From positions 183,706,001 to 183,770,000 of the forward strand of contig OX597814.1 in the NCBI GenBank assembly GCA_951406725.2: a DNA stretch of 64,000 nt. Direction: 5' to 3'. The stretch is from Octopus vulgaris. Its lineage: Eukaryota. The notes beneath the pieces were generated by a model that did no database searches, was not told where the DNA came from, and worked only from the letters and a program-made list of their open reading frames with translations. Below, in pieces: positions 27,201-40,511 of this stretch (within the stretch, counting starts at the first letter, position 1; each line of letters starts with the position of its first letter). A program made the position numbers and the translations under genes.

Positions 27201-28679
27201 CTACCTATTTGGTCTAATTAAAGTATGTACGTAGTATGTAACAGTCAAACTCGTACTTTATAAATTTCTTATAAACAGGGATCATTAGGGTCCTCTAATG
27301 ATACAAACGAACAACATTACAATATTCTGTGCCGTAAGAAATTATTCACCATTTACTGATCTGTCGTCTACTTCACATTCTTTTCATTTCAACTTAAATC
27401 TTAAATCTCTTACTTTTATCATACTCTCCTGTTCTTACGCTTAAAATACTAAAACATTCCAAACACATTCTCTTCCTATTAAGCATATGTGTAAGATTCA
27501 ATATCAGAAAATGTTAGAAGCTAAAGTTGAAAGTATATTGCTGTTAATAATGTTATTAATTGGCTACTAAATACGTTTGTGGACTTTTCAATTGGCATTT
27601 CGCAGATTAAATCAATATCGAAGAATATGCACAAAAATATAGTTCAAGCAATAACTTCAATCCGATTTGTTCCTTTGAAAGAAATGTTCATGTATATTAG
27701 ATCTGCAATACACAGAATCAAGAACTTTCTGAAATATTATAGTCTCGTTTTATATTCTTCGAGCATCGTTTGTTCATATTCTTGACATACATTAGATACT
27801 GCAACTTCTAAAGAAACAACATTTTCAATTGGTTTTACTGTGTTTAAAATATAGTCAGGAAAAATCAAGTAGTAGATACAGAGAGACTGTTCGACTTATG
27901 AATAGGGAATAATCGTTGTTTAGCAGAAGGAATTCCAAAATAAGATATAGCGCTGCTTTAAAGTTCAACAAAGTGGAAAACCTACTTGTTTGTTTCTAGA
28001 TATAAACTCCCTTTAATAATATAGTTGTGCATTTATGCAGATGATATCTGTTTGATAAAACGATCGTGTGAAATAGTTGTTATGAGTTTATACTGCAATT
28101 CTTTATCCTTGGCTAGCTTTCGTTGATTAGAGAAATATAGAATCAGTATGTGTACTGTACATTTTTCATTCCTCCAAGCTATACGACATACAAGGGTAGA
28201 TTGCATAATTTTATAACATCTGACAATATAAGACATATATGTGTGTGTGCGTATGTGCATGTGTGTGTGTGTAAAGGAAGTCAGAACAAAAGCCCAAATA
28301 GGTTCCATATAACTTGTGATATACCAAGCTTATGTGTGTGCGCCTGCGAGCGCGCGTGTGTGTATAAATATACATATCTTTATCTTGTACTTGTATCAGT
28401 CATTAGACTGCAGTCATTCTGAGACACTGCCTTGATGGGTTTAGTCAAAGTAATCGACTCGCACGGTCTAGGAATCGAAACCACAACCTGGATGTTTTAA
28501 AGCCTGGTACCATCCTATCGGTCTGTTTTGCAGAAACGTTAAATAATTGCAGACACGTAATCAAATCAACACTGGTTGTCAAGCGGTGAGGGTGGGTGTC
28601 GGGTGGGGGCAAACATACATATTAGGACATATACATTCACATACACGTATATATATGTACATATCTCTACATATATGTA

Positions 28680-28749
<70 letters not shown>

Positions 28750-29726
28750 GATAAATGTAGGATCTAGGGATTGGGGTGTAGGAAGAGAGTTAGCTTCGAG
28801 CAATGCGTAGTAAATATAGAAAAGCAACTGTTTTATTGAGACAGACGGTTGGGGATTCTTTTTTTCTTTTATCGAAGAAACGATGAGCTGAAGAAAGTCC
28901 TTTTCAAATTCCTCGTTAGGCAACCAGGGTTGCCGAGTATGCAATAAAAAATACAAGAGTTATGGAATGGCGTATGAGAAATTCGTACTACAGCGTGAGC
29001 GGAACCTTAGAAGTGGTAAAATCCAAGTGAGGTGTATACCGCCGGCTACTTTTCAGACCATGGATATCTCTATATATAAAACTCAACTGTGTGTCTGTGT
29101 GTTTAACTTCCCGGCACATCTCCTAGCCAACAAATCGTAGAACCACTAAAAATGGGTCACTTAACGTTTAGGCGAATGAAAATTGAACTGCGCTATTTCT
29201 GTTCCGAAATTCATCTCGCAAATGCAAAAATCGATAATGTGTTTGTTTAGGCCTTATCCCATGCATTGAATAGTGAACTTTACTCAGTCAGCTGTTTGAC
29301 GTGAACACGTGCAAGCATGCGTAAATTGCATGAAAAATAAAAAATCACGATATAAAAACGAATCGCCGTAAACATTGTAGAAATTCGGGAAAGAAATTAA
29401 TTTTCGGGATGTAGCCTGGAGGTTTTTTTCGTATTAATCGTTTGGACTTTGTGAACACATAACAATTGTTTTCATAACATTTTTAACGCTTTGAATCAAA
29501 TGTGACCATATTGCGTTGAGTCTGCAGTTTGAATCACTTTAACCAAATTTTAGCAGGCCGGAATTTTGATTATCACGATACATCGCCAGCGACTCCCTGA
29601 AACTCTTTCCTGAAATCCCCGTTGAGAAGTCTATATATATAAAACTCAACTTGTGTGTCTGTTTGTGTGTCTGTGTGTTTAAATTTTGGATCTACCAAGT
29701 TTCATTATTAAGTAGTGTGTAGCAAA

Positions 29727-30118
29727 TCTATATATATATATATAAAGCTGAATTTGTCTGTGTGTGGCAGGTTTGGTAGCCTTCAACTAACACTATCGCC
29801 TTCGAGACCCTGCAGCGCAAGTTGACCAAAATTGAGAGTATGATAGAAGAAGGCTTGCTCTTCATTCTGTAGAAAATAAAATTCAAATTGGCCATGTTAA
29901 CACCCAAAATTATTTACATAAAAAGGTGCTTTTTTTCTATGAAAATCCCTATTTTTTACGATTTTTGACTGCTGTGTCACCGTTTTTCGGTGTATTTCAA
30001 CTGGAAAAATGTTCACTTGAAGAGAATAACAAGTTGCATAATGCAAAAGTTTTACTTTTAAAAAATTCCAATTCTAAAGAGTCGAAACAAACCCAAGCAA
30101 CACCGGGTGATACTGCTA

Positions 30119-30119
<1 letters not shown>
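29727..30119 (+). mobile_element. Non-autonomous Helitron
   Basis: A|TC 5' end (tctatatata...gtctgtgtgtg), subterminal hairpin cccaagcaacaccggg, 3' CTAG|T. Confidence 0.8.
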
Positions 30120-30161
<42 letters not shown>

Positions 30162-30179
30162 AATATATATATTTAAATA

Positions 30180-30715
30180 TTAAAAATTGAGGGAGATAAA
30201 TTAATATTAATTTTAATATCAATTTAAAACCTGTAGTCCAGCATTCAAAAAATCTGAGGAGTCAGAGAAAATTCAAATATATGTGTATATTGGCAGGGCT
30301 GGCCTGCTAGGTAGCCGGCCAGAATGCTAGAAATATATCATAAACGATCAAACTACAAGGGAAATTCTCTAGAGGAAGAATTCAGCGAACACCAGAACCA
30401 AATTTGGCGGGCAGGACATATGAAAAATTAAATAAAAAACAGACTTAAATGCATACCTCGGTTTCGGTCTTAACAAAAGAATTACTTGCATAATTCAAGT
30501 CCGTGACTTCTTCAGTACATTCGGTCCTCGAGATGCAAACCGCAAGACTAACCCCAGCTCTCTGTGTCAAGACAGACACGTGCTTAGTCTTACTGATTAC
30601 ATCGGGAATAAAATTTCAAATGTTTTTATTTAATTTTTCATATGTCCTGCCCGCCAAATTTGGTTCTGGTGTTCGCTGAATTCTTCCTCTAGAGAATTTC
30701 CCTTGTAGTTTGATC

Positions 30716-30717
<2 letters not shown>
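30180..30717 (-). mobile_element. (TA)n-flanked Penelope-like terminal element with internal inverted repeat and hammerhead
   Basis: ~97-bp inverted arms at 30344-30441 / 30621-30717 enclose a hammerhead motif; left part resembles 25270-25410 and 17060-17140. Confidence 0.65.
30448..30521 (-). ncRNA. Type I hammerhead ribozyme motif
   Basis: Minus strand: AAUGUA CUGAAGA AGUC-(insert with ACUUG/CAAGU hairpin)-GACC GAAA CC GA GG UA^ UGCAUU. Stem I is 6 bp with one GU; the first stem II pair is an A-C mismatch. Confidence 0.7.
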
Positions 30718-30775
<58 letters not shown>

Positions 30776-31099
30776 AAAGTTTGAAAACGCCGCTATATAA
30801 GATAAATTTAATGGCTGTAATCGATAACAGCCAACTATTCTAGTCAACGCACAAAACAGCCATTATGCTCCCCCACCACAAAACACCACCACGTGGACTC
30901 TGTTGAGACTAGTAACATAAAAATTATGAACTTTTTTATTACACTTAATTTTTAAAATATTTTTGATAAGTTCGTTTTTTCAAGAAAAACCGAAACATTT
31001 AAAATCTCTAAGAAAATTAAAAATTATCTTATATAGTGGCGTTTTCAACCTTCTTTTTTTATAAATATATCCCCATTCGTATGCTTCCTACACTTTTTA

Positions 31100-31135
<36 letters not shown>

Positions 31136-31179
31136 CACACACATATACATATTTGCATATATATATGTATACATATGTA

Positions 31180-31217
<38 letters not shown>

Positions 31218-32177
31218 ATGTACACACACATGTATATATTAATATAGATATAAGTTGATAAATATTCTTAAGACCATGTCGAGCTTTGGTTGAAACAGTA
31301 TAGGGGACACTTAACTAAATGCATACATTTCTCTTTTCCCTTGCTTTTTTATACATTTATACATTCCTTGTACACGTGAATTCAGGACGCATGAAATTCT
31401 GTAGCACTGTTTGGGAAACATTGGTCTGAAGATAATTATATGGAAAAGATATTTATTATAAAGAGTTCTCTGGAAGCAGGAAGGGGACTCACTGACTCAT
31501 TGACAGAACAAAAGATCAAACACCAGAAACTAATTGCTAAAACAGTGAAGAAGCCCCAGGATTTGACGGAATCTAAGTTTAGGTTGAACTGCATGAATAT
31601 GACATATTGAAAAACTGAAATGACCTTTTCAAAAATTCCTAGGAGAGTGAGAAAAACGTGCTCGGTGTATGTGGGTTGAGATATAAAGTTAAACGGAGTA
31701 AATTAGGTAAATGACTACGGAGTGGGATAATTCTCTTTATGACAAGCAAACATTATGGTATTAAGTGCGGGAAGTGTAAGGACATGTGAGAAAGCCAGTG
31801 AGTTGTTAAACAAGTCTTGCACAAATAAAGAATGAAGAGTTGTCATTACAAATAATGATAAGCAACAACAAAAAAGCTCGTAAAATAGATTTGATGATTT
31901 GATATTTAACAATAAAATCTAGGATTAAACTTTGGTTCTCGGTTACTTTCCGTGATATATATGCATTCAAGGCAAAGACAAACATACGTATCTACACAAG
32001 TATGCGCACACATATTTATGTGTTATCTGTGTATATATGTTTATGAAAACTTATAAATATGCAAACACACACTAACACATATATATTCTTTTATATATAT
32101 ATTTTTTATGCAGCCATAAACACACATCACATACAAACACACATACTCGCGCGCGCACACACAGTCACATCTATCTG

Positions 32178-32505
<328 letters not shown>

Positions 32506-32529
32506 ATACACACACACACACTCACACAC

Positions 32530-32582
<53 letters not shown>

Positions 32583-32772
32583 TGAAACATGTATATATGT
32601 ATGTGTTGGTTCACCAGGAGTGATAATTTACATGACTCAATACGAATGTACAGTATTTTCAATACATTATAATCGAAAAGCTACTATTTCAAGTTCTCGG
32701 TATTACTCGTTTCTGAACCTGGCTGCTTTCGAACGATCTACTCATCTGTAACATGAAATAATAGTTTTAAGC

Positions 32773-32986
32773 TGTTGTGCCGATCTTTCCACCCTGATGA
32801 AGGAGACTGATTTTATGGTGATGTTCATATTCACCCTCTACACGGTTGCATATCCTTGACTTTTTGTACACTCCATCTGCCCATTATATACATTACAAAT
32901 ATTACGTAATTCTGAGTCTCAAGAAACAGTTGTCGGACTTGAAGTACCATTTCTTTTATCCTTAGTTGTTTGCAGTTTTTGTACAT
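32773..32986 (+). repeat. Dispersed ~214-bp repeat with long-insert hammerhead-like motif (copy 1)
   Basis: Highly similar to 37196-37408; CUGAUGA at 32794, GAGACU...AGUCUC, GAAAC AGUU GUC. Confidence 0.7.
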
Positions 32987-33043
32987 CATGAAAATTTTAT
33001 TGTAAATATTTAAATATGTATATGCTTCTTTTCAGTTCTTGCT

Positions 33044-33110
<67 letters not shown>

Positions 33111-33694
33111 CCATCCCTATATATATATTTTACATCTCCACGCACTTAAGAGCAGACGCGTTGTCATTCTACTCTTCTTAATTTTCTTCCCAATTCTGAA
33201 TAGTGTTGGAAAAAATAAACCACTGTGGAGGTACATTTTTACAGTTGTTCAACATATCTTACACATGTTTCATTAATAAAAATAAATATTCAATGGGAAA
33301 ATGCATTTTAAATGGTTTATAGGAACAAATAAGGAGAGACTGCGCAGCAAACGTAAAGAAATTTTAATTTATATTATGCATTTCGGTCAGCATGTGGTAT
33401 AAAAAATTATACCAACAGATGTTATATATGTTTGTATGTTAAACATATTGTACATCAGGAAATATGTGCGCAGGCGTCTGTACCAATGTTGGTGTACATC
33501 GGTGCAAAAACTCGCCCAGTTATGTTATTTTACGTTCAAGAGCACAATTAGATATCATGTTAAATAATATCATTGGGTAAATCAAGAAAAATAATATAAA
33601 TGCTAGATTGTAATATGTACTGGAGTTTATAGAACTGACAAAAACAAAAAAGAAAAAGAAACAAATGATTAGTGACGGAACGTCAGGATGTCCA

Positions 33695-33786
33695 CAGTCC
33701 AATAAATGACGTCAGCATATCTTCAGTCCAATAAATGACGTCAACATGTCTTCCGTCCAATCAATGACCTCAACCTGTCTCCAATC
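33695..33786. repeat. 29-bp tandem repeat (3 plus a partial copy) carrying CCAAT and TGACGTCA
   Basis: Units start at 33695, 33724 and 33753: cagtccaataaatgacgtcagcatatctt etc. Confidence 0.85.
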
Positions 33787-34556
33787 GAATAAATTACACC
33801 GGTAAAATATTGTAGTATTCTCTGTTCTAAAATATCTAAGAATTTCGGTTTAAGAAGTTTGCTTTGAAATATGTGAACATATCGGCCAACACAACAGAAG
33901 AAACCGGATCTAAAACTGTTTTTATTGGACATAAATCGGAAACTCCATCGGTAGTATTAATCTTCTCAAACAATACGTTTATCATTCGTCGTATGTTAAT
34001 ATATAGATAACCTGTGAAGGTATAAGAAATATTTGATAGTAATACCCATGACATTGTTTTTACTACTATCGGAACAAGAAGACGTGTGTTGTTTAAAAGC
34101 TCTGATAATCCTCTCAGAGCTCAAATTTTCTTCCCTCAATCTCACAATATCTCACAGTCGTTAATATATCCCCTTTTCTAATTCTCTCCAACTTCTTATC
34201 TCGATATCACATTCTCCATTACTATTTCCTCTGTGTTTCGTTCTCCGCCTCCTTCTCTCCCCTTTCATGCAGTTGTCTCTATTACATTTTTTCGAACTTC
34301 CTTCGGTACAGCTTATGGCTCAAAAGCTAGAAACCCTGTCGATAAATCCTGCTGTGACTCACTGATCAGGCGGGTTTCTATTTCGTTTCTAAACAAAACA
34401 CCCCCAACCATCCATTATCTTAGTAAAGAACATAAAATATCTGGCGCACATAAAATATGTATGTTGTAAGAGTGGGTGGGGTTCGGAACTCCGTGTTTAC
34501 AAATATAGTTTTACAAATGTGTGTCCATATAGCTATATGTGAATTTGATTATTCAT

Positions 34557-34692
34557 ATCTATCTATCTATCTATCTATCTATCTGTCTGTCTATCTATCT
34601 ATATGTCTGTCTGTCTACCTGTCTGTCTGTCTGTCTATCTGTCTGTCTGTCTGTCCGTCCGTCCGTCCGTCCATCCATCCATCCATCCATCC

Positions 34693-34732
<40 letters not shown>

Positions 34733-34765
34733 GTCTGACTCTCTATCTATCTATCTATCTATCTA

Positions 34766-34819
<54 letters not shown>

Positions 34820-34857
34820 CGTCCGTCCGTCCATCTATCTATCTATCTATCTATCTA

Positions 34858-34926
<69 letters not shown>

Positions 34927-34953
34927 TCTATCTATCTATCTGTCTGTCTGTCC

Positions 34954-34996
<43 letters not shown>

Positions 34997-35015
34997 ACAT
35001 GTGTGTGTGTGTGCA
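34557..35015. repeat. Compound (ATCT)/(GTCT)/(GTCC)/(ATCC)/(GT) microsatellite
   Basis: Direct reading. Confidence 0.95.
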
Positions 35016-36006
35016 TGTACAAGGGTAGAGAAAAACAGAGGAAGAACGGTAGATATAAAGAGACTGTATTTGCTCAGTGGTATTTCTGTTCATGACAACG
35101 TTTTATATATTTGTGTTTGAACTTATGACTTAGTGTATGAGAAGAAAGAAGGAAATTCGCGTAAAGCCATGTAGTGATGTAAAGTAGAGCAAATGGAAAA
35201 CGGTGTACCTAATTGTATAAATGTGTGTATATTTGTGAATATCATATATATATATATGTCTTTGTGTGCGCACGCGTGTGTGTATGTGTGTGTGTGTGTG
35301 TTTTGTGTATGTGCGTTTGTAGATGTTAGTGAACGTATGTCTGCAACGGTTTCTGCCTGACCTTCTTTTTATAGTCTTTTTCTCTTCCCCACCCCTTTTC
35401 TATTCACTCAAGTGTATGGCCAGTGATCATCAGATGTAGCTCTATGAGTCAGACACGCGGAAAAAATCTTCCCTTTCTCGATAAATATTCATGAATACTT
35501 TCTAACGTGTTGGACACAATGTAATTCATTGCCCATATAAAAAAAACTTCTCCGTGATAAAATAGTTTGTCACCTGTGAGCATGTCTAATCTGATTTCAC
35601 TTTTTATCAAACACATTGTTTTTTCTCCTGTTTACGTTTGTTGACTGGCCTATTGAGTAGCTTGCTATTTGCTATATATCTACTTAACTTCCATTGAAGA
35701 CTTACCTTTGTATATATTTTATCTGTTTACTTTGCTTAACTAAGGCACACTGGGAATTACAGAACATGAGTTATATTTCTTTTACATGGAATAACGCCAA
35801 ACACAAAGAATAAATGAAAATATCAACTAGATGGATTTTTTACGTTACATAACAAGTACTTAATTACTCCGACACTGGTCAGATTTCAACTCAACATTAA
35901 AAGACCTGGCACTTCGTCGGTTACGGCGACGAAGGTTTTAGTTGATCAGCTCAGCGGAACAAGCTGATCATGAAATTGACATACATGTGACTGAGCAATC
36001 CGCAGA

Positions 36007-36143
36007 ATAAGGGGTGGTTAGAGATCATGCGGTCGTTAGCCTCAAATCGCCAGGCCTGGTCGGCGTTTGTGAGAAATGCAGCATTGAGGATGAATGAAGC
36101 CAGCTCAACCCACCCCGAGTGAATGCTGTAAGTAGAAGAAGAA
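36007..36143 (+). mobile_element. 5'-truncated RTE-like LINE 3' end inserted in a SINE
   Basis: Reads GWLEIMRSLASNRQAWSAFVRNAALRMNEASSTHPE*, ends in a (GAA)n tail, and has a 14-bp TSD gagcaat(c/t)cgcaga at 35993-36006 / 36144-36157. Confidence 0.7.
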
Positions 36144-36764
36144 GAGCAATTCGCAGACACGTGAACCGAATACCCTAACCGCTAAGCCACGACATTAAAA
36201 AAAACCCACTTAATGTAATCAGTTTGCAGAGTTAGTATTTCCGACGAACCTGCTCAGGAAATTGACGTACATGTGGCTGAGCAATCTGCAGACACGTGTA
36301 CCTATAACGTCGCTCTCAGGGAGATTCTGTGTGACACAGAGTGGGACAATGAAATACAGACACTACTCATTTTTGACAGTTGAGTGCACTGGAGCAACGG
36401 GAAATAAAGTATCTCGATCAAGGATACGTGTCACCGGGAATTGAACACATGACCTTACGATTGTGATTCGAATACCGTAACCACTTAGCCACGACATTAA
36501 AAACACACTTAATGTAATCAGTTTGCAGAGTTAGTATTTCCGACAAAGCTGTATTCTCTCGTCCATAAATGATGCGTTCAGTCGAGGAAGGGCATATTCA
36601 ACATTTTACAAGTTTGCCACAAAAGCTGTTTCAATTTGTCCAAAGCATAATGATGTTTTGCTTCCTATATTTTGTTAGTTAGTAAATTATTTACAAATCT
36701 GAATACATATTTGAATTAACTGTTTTTGTCTGATAAGTGTTAATATATCGAAACAAGAAAAGCA

Positions 36765-36962
36765 ATGAGCTGGCAGAATCGTTTGCTCGCCTGGCAAAAT
36801 GCTTAGCGTCATTTCGGCCGTCTTAACGTTCTGAGTTCAAATTCCATAGAAGTCGACTTCGTCTTTCATCGCTTCGGTGACAAGAAAATAAGTACCAGTT
36901 GAGCACTGGGGTTGATCTCATCCCCTGAAATTGCTGACCTTGTGCCAAAATTTGAAGCCAAT
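36765..36962 (+). mobile_element. SINE family D, diverged
   Basis: gagctggcagaatcg...ctgagttcaaattcc...aaataagtaccagtt. Confidence 0.8.
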
Positions 36963-37195
36963 ATATTGAAACCATATTGAAAAGAAGGCAATACTTACTT
37001 TCTAATTCATGGCTAAGTTTATAGACATAATTGCTTAGGAGATTGAATGCATTATTCATGTGAAATATTAAACGTGGGTATATTGAAAGAAAATTGCAAA
37101 CTTTTTGTATAACTAATGTAACTTCAGAACTCATCTAACAAAAATTTATAAAAATAAAAAAAGAATTTAAAGAAAAGAAAACAAGATAAAGGTCT

Positions 37196-37408
37196 TGTTG
37201 CGCCGATTTTCCACCCTGACGAAGGAGACTGATTTTATGGTGATGTTCATATGCGCCCTCTACACGGTTGCATATCCTTGACTTTTTGTACACTCCATCT
37301 GCCCATTATATACATTACAAATATTACGTAATGCCGAGTCTCAAGAAACAGCCGTCGGACTTGAAGTACCATATCTTTTATCCTTAGTTGTCTGTAGTTT
37401 TTGTACAT
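37196..37408 (+). repeat. Dispersed ~214-bp repeat with long-insert hammerhead-like motif (copy 2)
   Basis: CUGACGA at 37216, GAGACU...AGUCUC, GAAAC AGCC GUC. Confidence 0.7.
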
Positions 37409-37647
37409 ACTTATACCAAATAAAATTATCAGGCAGTTATTTTTCTCTGTAACGCTCGCTGTCTTTTGTGCAAATTCCTTTCTTGTTTATTGCCAACACT
37501 CTTTGATTTTAATGATAAAAATTGTAAATCAAGCTCTATGTTTGGTTTCATGAATACACATGAAGTTTCAAATGTACCTTTTATATGAAAAAGAAAGCAA
37601 TTTTTGAATTTTTGATGAATATTTCTGTTCTTCACTGAAGGCGTTAA

Positions 37648-37727
<80 letters not shown>

Positions 37728-37880
37728 CGGGATTCTTTCAGTTTCCATTTACGAAATCCACTCACGCGGCTGTGATCGGCCCCTGAGGCTATAGTAGAAG
37801 ACACTTTCCACGCAGTGGGACTGAACCCAAAATCATGTGGTTGAGAAGCAAACTTCTCACCATATAGCTACCCCTGTGCC
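37728..37880 (-). mobile_element. SINE family A, 5' half
   Basis: Head and body up to the internal (TA)n. Confidence 0.8.
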
Positions 37881-38407
37881 TTCTATAAATATTCAAAATC
37901 CTCTCAACAGGGAGCCTCATTCAAACAATATCATCTTATGATATCATTTAATATAAAGCTATGTAATAATCATGCAAGCATGACAAATTTACATATTTCA
38001 CCGTAGCCAGTAAAAATTCATTCCATTCTCATTTGAATCTCATCAGAGGTGTCTGCATCTCTTGAGTAAACACAGAGAAGCAAGTAACCAATACGTTTAT
38101 GAAGCCACCAAACCTTGTGTTTACATATACGTATTCATGTATACACTTTCTCTCCCTCGCGCACCTAAACATTGGCTTCTTTCAAACACACAGTACTGCT
38201 ACGTATTTCCTACAGCCATTTTAACAGATTTTGTTTAATTTCTTTATTAAACTGACTCGAGATTAGACGCTGTCACTAAAGTGTCACTTCTTCTGTTTTT
38301 CACTTCGTCTTCAGTGGAAATTGAAAATAATTCTGTTCGCTGCTTTATCAATATTTCATTATTTTACACATTTCCCAAACATTTATGTTGCTGTATTGTG
38401 TTAAATT

Positions 38408-38672
38408 GTGGAGGCGCGTGGCTTAGTGTTTAGGGTATCAGAACCATGATCGTAAGATTGAGGTTTCAATTCCTAGACCGGGCGACGCGTTGCGTTCTTG
38501 AGCAAAACACTTCATTTCACGTTGCTCCAGTCCACTCAGCTGGCAAAAATGAGTAACGCTGCGATGGACTGGCGTCCCGTCCAGCTGGGGGACACATACG
38601 CTATAGAAACCGGGAAACCGGGACCATGAGACTGGCTAGGCTTTAGAAAGGGCGCATTAAAATTTTTATTAT
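38408..38672 (+). mobile_element. SINE family C with TSD
   Basis: TSD tattgtgttaaatt on both sides. Confidence 0.9.
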
Positions 38673-39094
38673 TATTGTGTTAAATTCTGCTAGAAATTGT
38701 TATCTAGATATTTTGTTCAAGAATATGATTCTCGGTTTGTTTCTTCCTTCGTTAATTCCAAATGTTCTTAGACAATAATATTTCTTGCTTTTGGTTTATG
38801 AGCCAGCGTGTTGTATTTTGAACTCATTAACTACTTTTTTGCATAAACGTAATCACATACACACACACGCACGCACACACACTCACACACACGCACACAC
38901 GCACACACACACACGGGAATAAAAATAGTAACTTAGTAACGATAGGGACATGGATGAATAGGGACATGGATGAATACGTACCTAGCGTGAACGAACATAG
39001 TGACATGAACATATAAGTACACAAATATAATAGATATAACTACATATTTCTCCAATATGCAGGAATAACAATTTTCCTGTTAATATATATATAT

Positions 39095-39329
39095 CGCCAT
39101 GATCAACCAGGCTATCTGACGTTGCTACACATGACGCCACCCCGCTGGCTAAGCGAGCAGTCAAACAGAAGAAAGAGTGAGAAAGAGTACAGCAGGGATC
39201 GCCACCACCCACTGCCGGAGCCTCGTAGAGCTTTAGCTGTTTTCGCTCAATAAACACCCACAACTCCCGGTCTGAGAATCGAAACCGCGATCCTACAACC
39301 GCGAGTCCACTAGGCCATTGCGCCTCCAC
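39095..39329 (-). mobile_element. SINE family B (variant tail)
   Basis: Similar to 51075-51385. Confidence 0.85.
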
Positions 39330-39332
39330 GTT

Positions 39333-39407
<75 letters not shown>

Positions 39408-39584
39408 CAAATCTGAATACATATTTGAATTATATATATATATATATATATATATTCCAACAATTGAGGGTAAAATTAATTAATTATTAATCAATTTCAC
39501 CAAGTGTTCAGTATGCAAAGGGACCATTTAAGGCGAATTCAAATTATTACATTATATAAAAGGGCTTAGTAAAATAAATTACTT

Positions 39585-39652
<68 letters not shown>

Positions 39653-40351
39653 TTATAAAATTAGTTTGTGTTTGTATATGACTGTATATCTACACAAATG
39701 CCTATACACAGCCTGTAGAACATAATACACTTTAAATAATACACATCTCTATATAAACAACAATTAACGGCCGTATTACTCAAGGTACGTTTCTCTATTC
39801 CCATCAAGACAAACAACCAACCACACCTCTATTAAAACATTGCTATTAGTTATATCAATTCCTCACCAAACTAAATTCCACTCACATTTAATACTATATT
39901 TTAATGTAGGCACGATATTTTAGCAAATTATTCAAATTTGTCTCACAGAATCAATATATATACAACTTTCATGCAATATCTTCAATGAATTCCCCTTCTT
40001 TGCGAACTGAAATTTCAATATCTGGTGATCGGAAACAAGTAAAGCTGTAACGAACTTTATTTTGCAAACCGCCCCGTTTCGTAATCTAGTTTTTAAAGGT
40101 TAAATTACAAAATTAGTAGAGTTAACATTAAATGGAAGCATTATTTGTTGTAAAGGTGAAATGACCGCAAGCATATCATAGAACCTCTGAAGCAACTTTC
40201 TAAAGAGAAAATATAATAAGAATGTAATTATATCAACAAAGAAAACAAGAAACTGAAACAATTTTAGATAAGCAAAATATTAGTTTTCCCAGCATAAACT
40301 TCGAGGAATATCAGCTAGTGTCTTTTATTATATTATAGATGCGCTGAATTC

Positions 40352-40511
40352 GATTGGCTCGGCGCCATTTTGAAGATGTCTCGGTGTTTTCTGTTGAATT
40401 GAAGCCAGTTAAGAGCAAAAAGGTGTTGGAACAAAGTCAACTTATTTTTTCAGCCATTTTTCTTCCTTTCTTCTGTTTCTTATTCGGTCAAATCTACAAG
40501 ATAAGGTAAAT
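40352..40511 (+). promoter_or_regulatory. Candidate promoter / non-coding first exon (CCAAT box, YY1-like site, splice donor)
   Basis: ATTGG at 40353, GCGCCATTTTG at 40362, a second GCCATTTT near 40454, and AAG|GTAAAT at 40505/40506 followed by AT-rich intron-like sequence. Confidence 0.35.

Noticed and set aside
38010-38055. Minus-strand ctgatgagattc...gaatggaat
   Set aside because: No GAAA, stem III or cleavage triplet.
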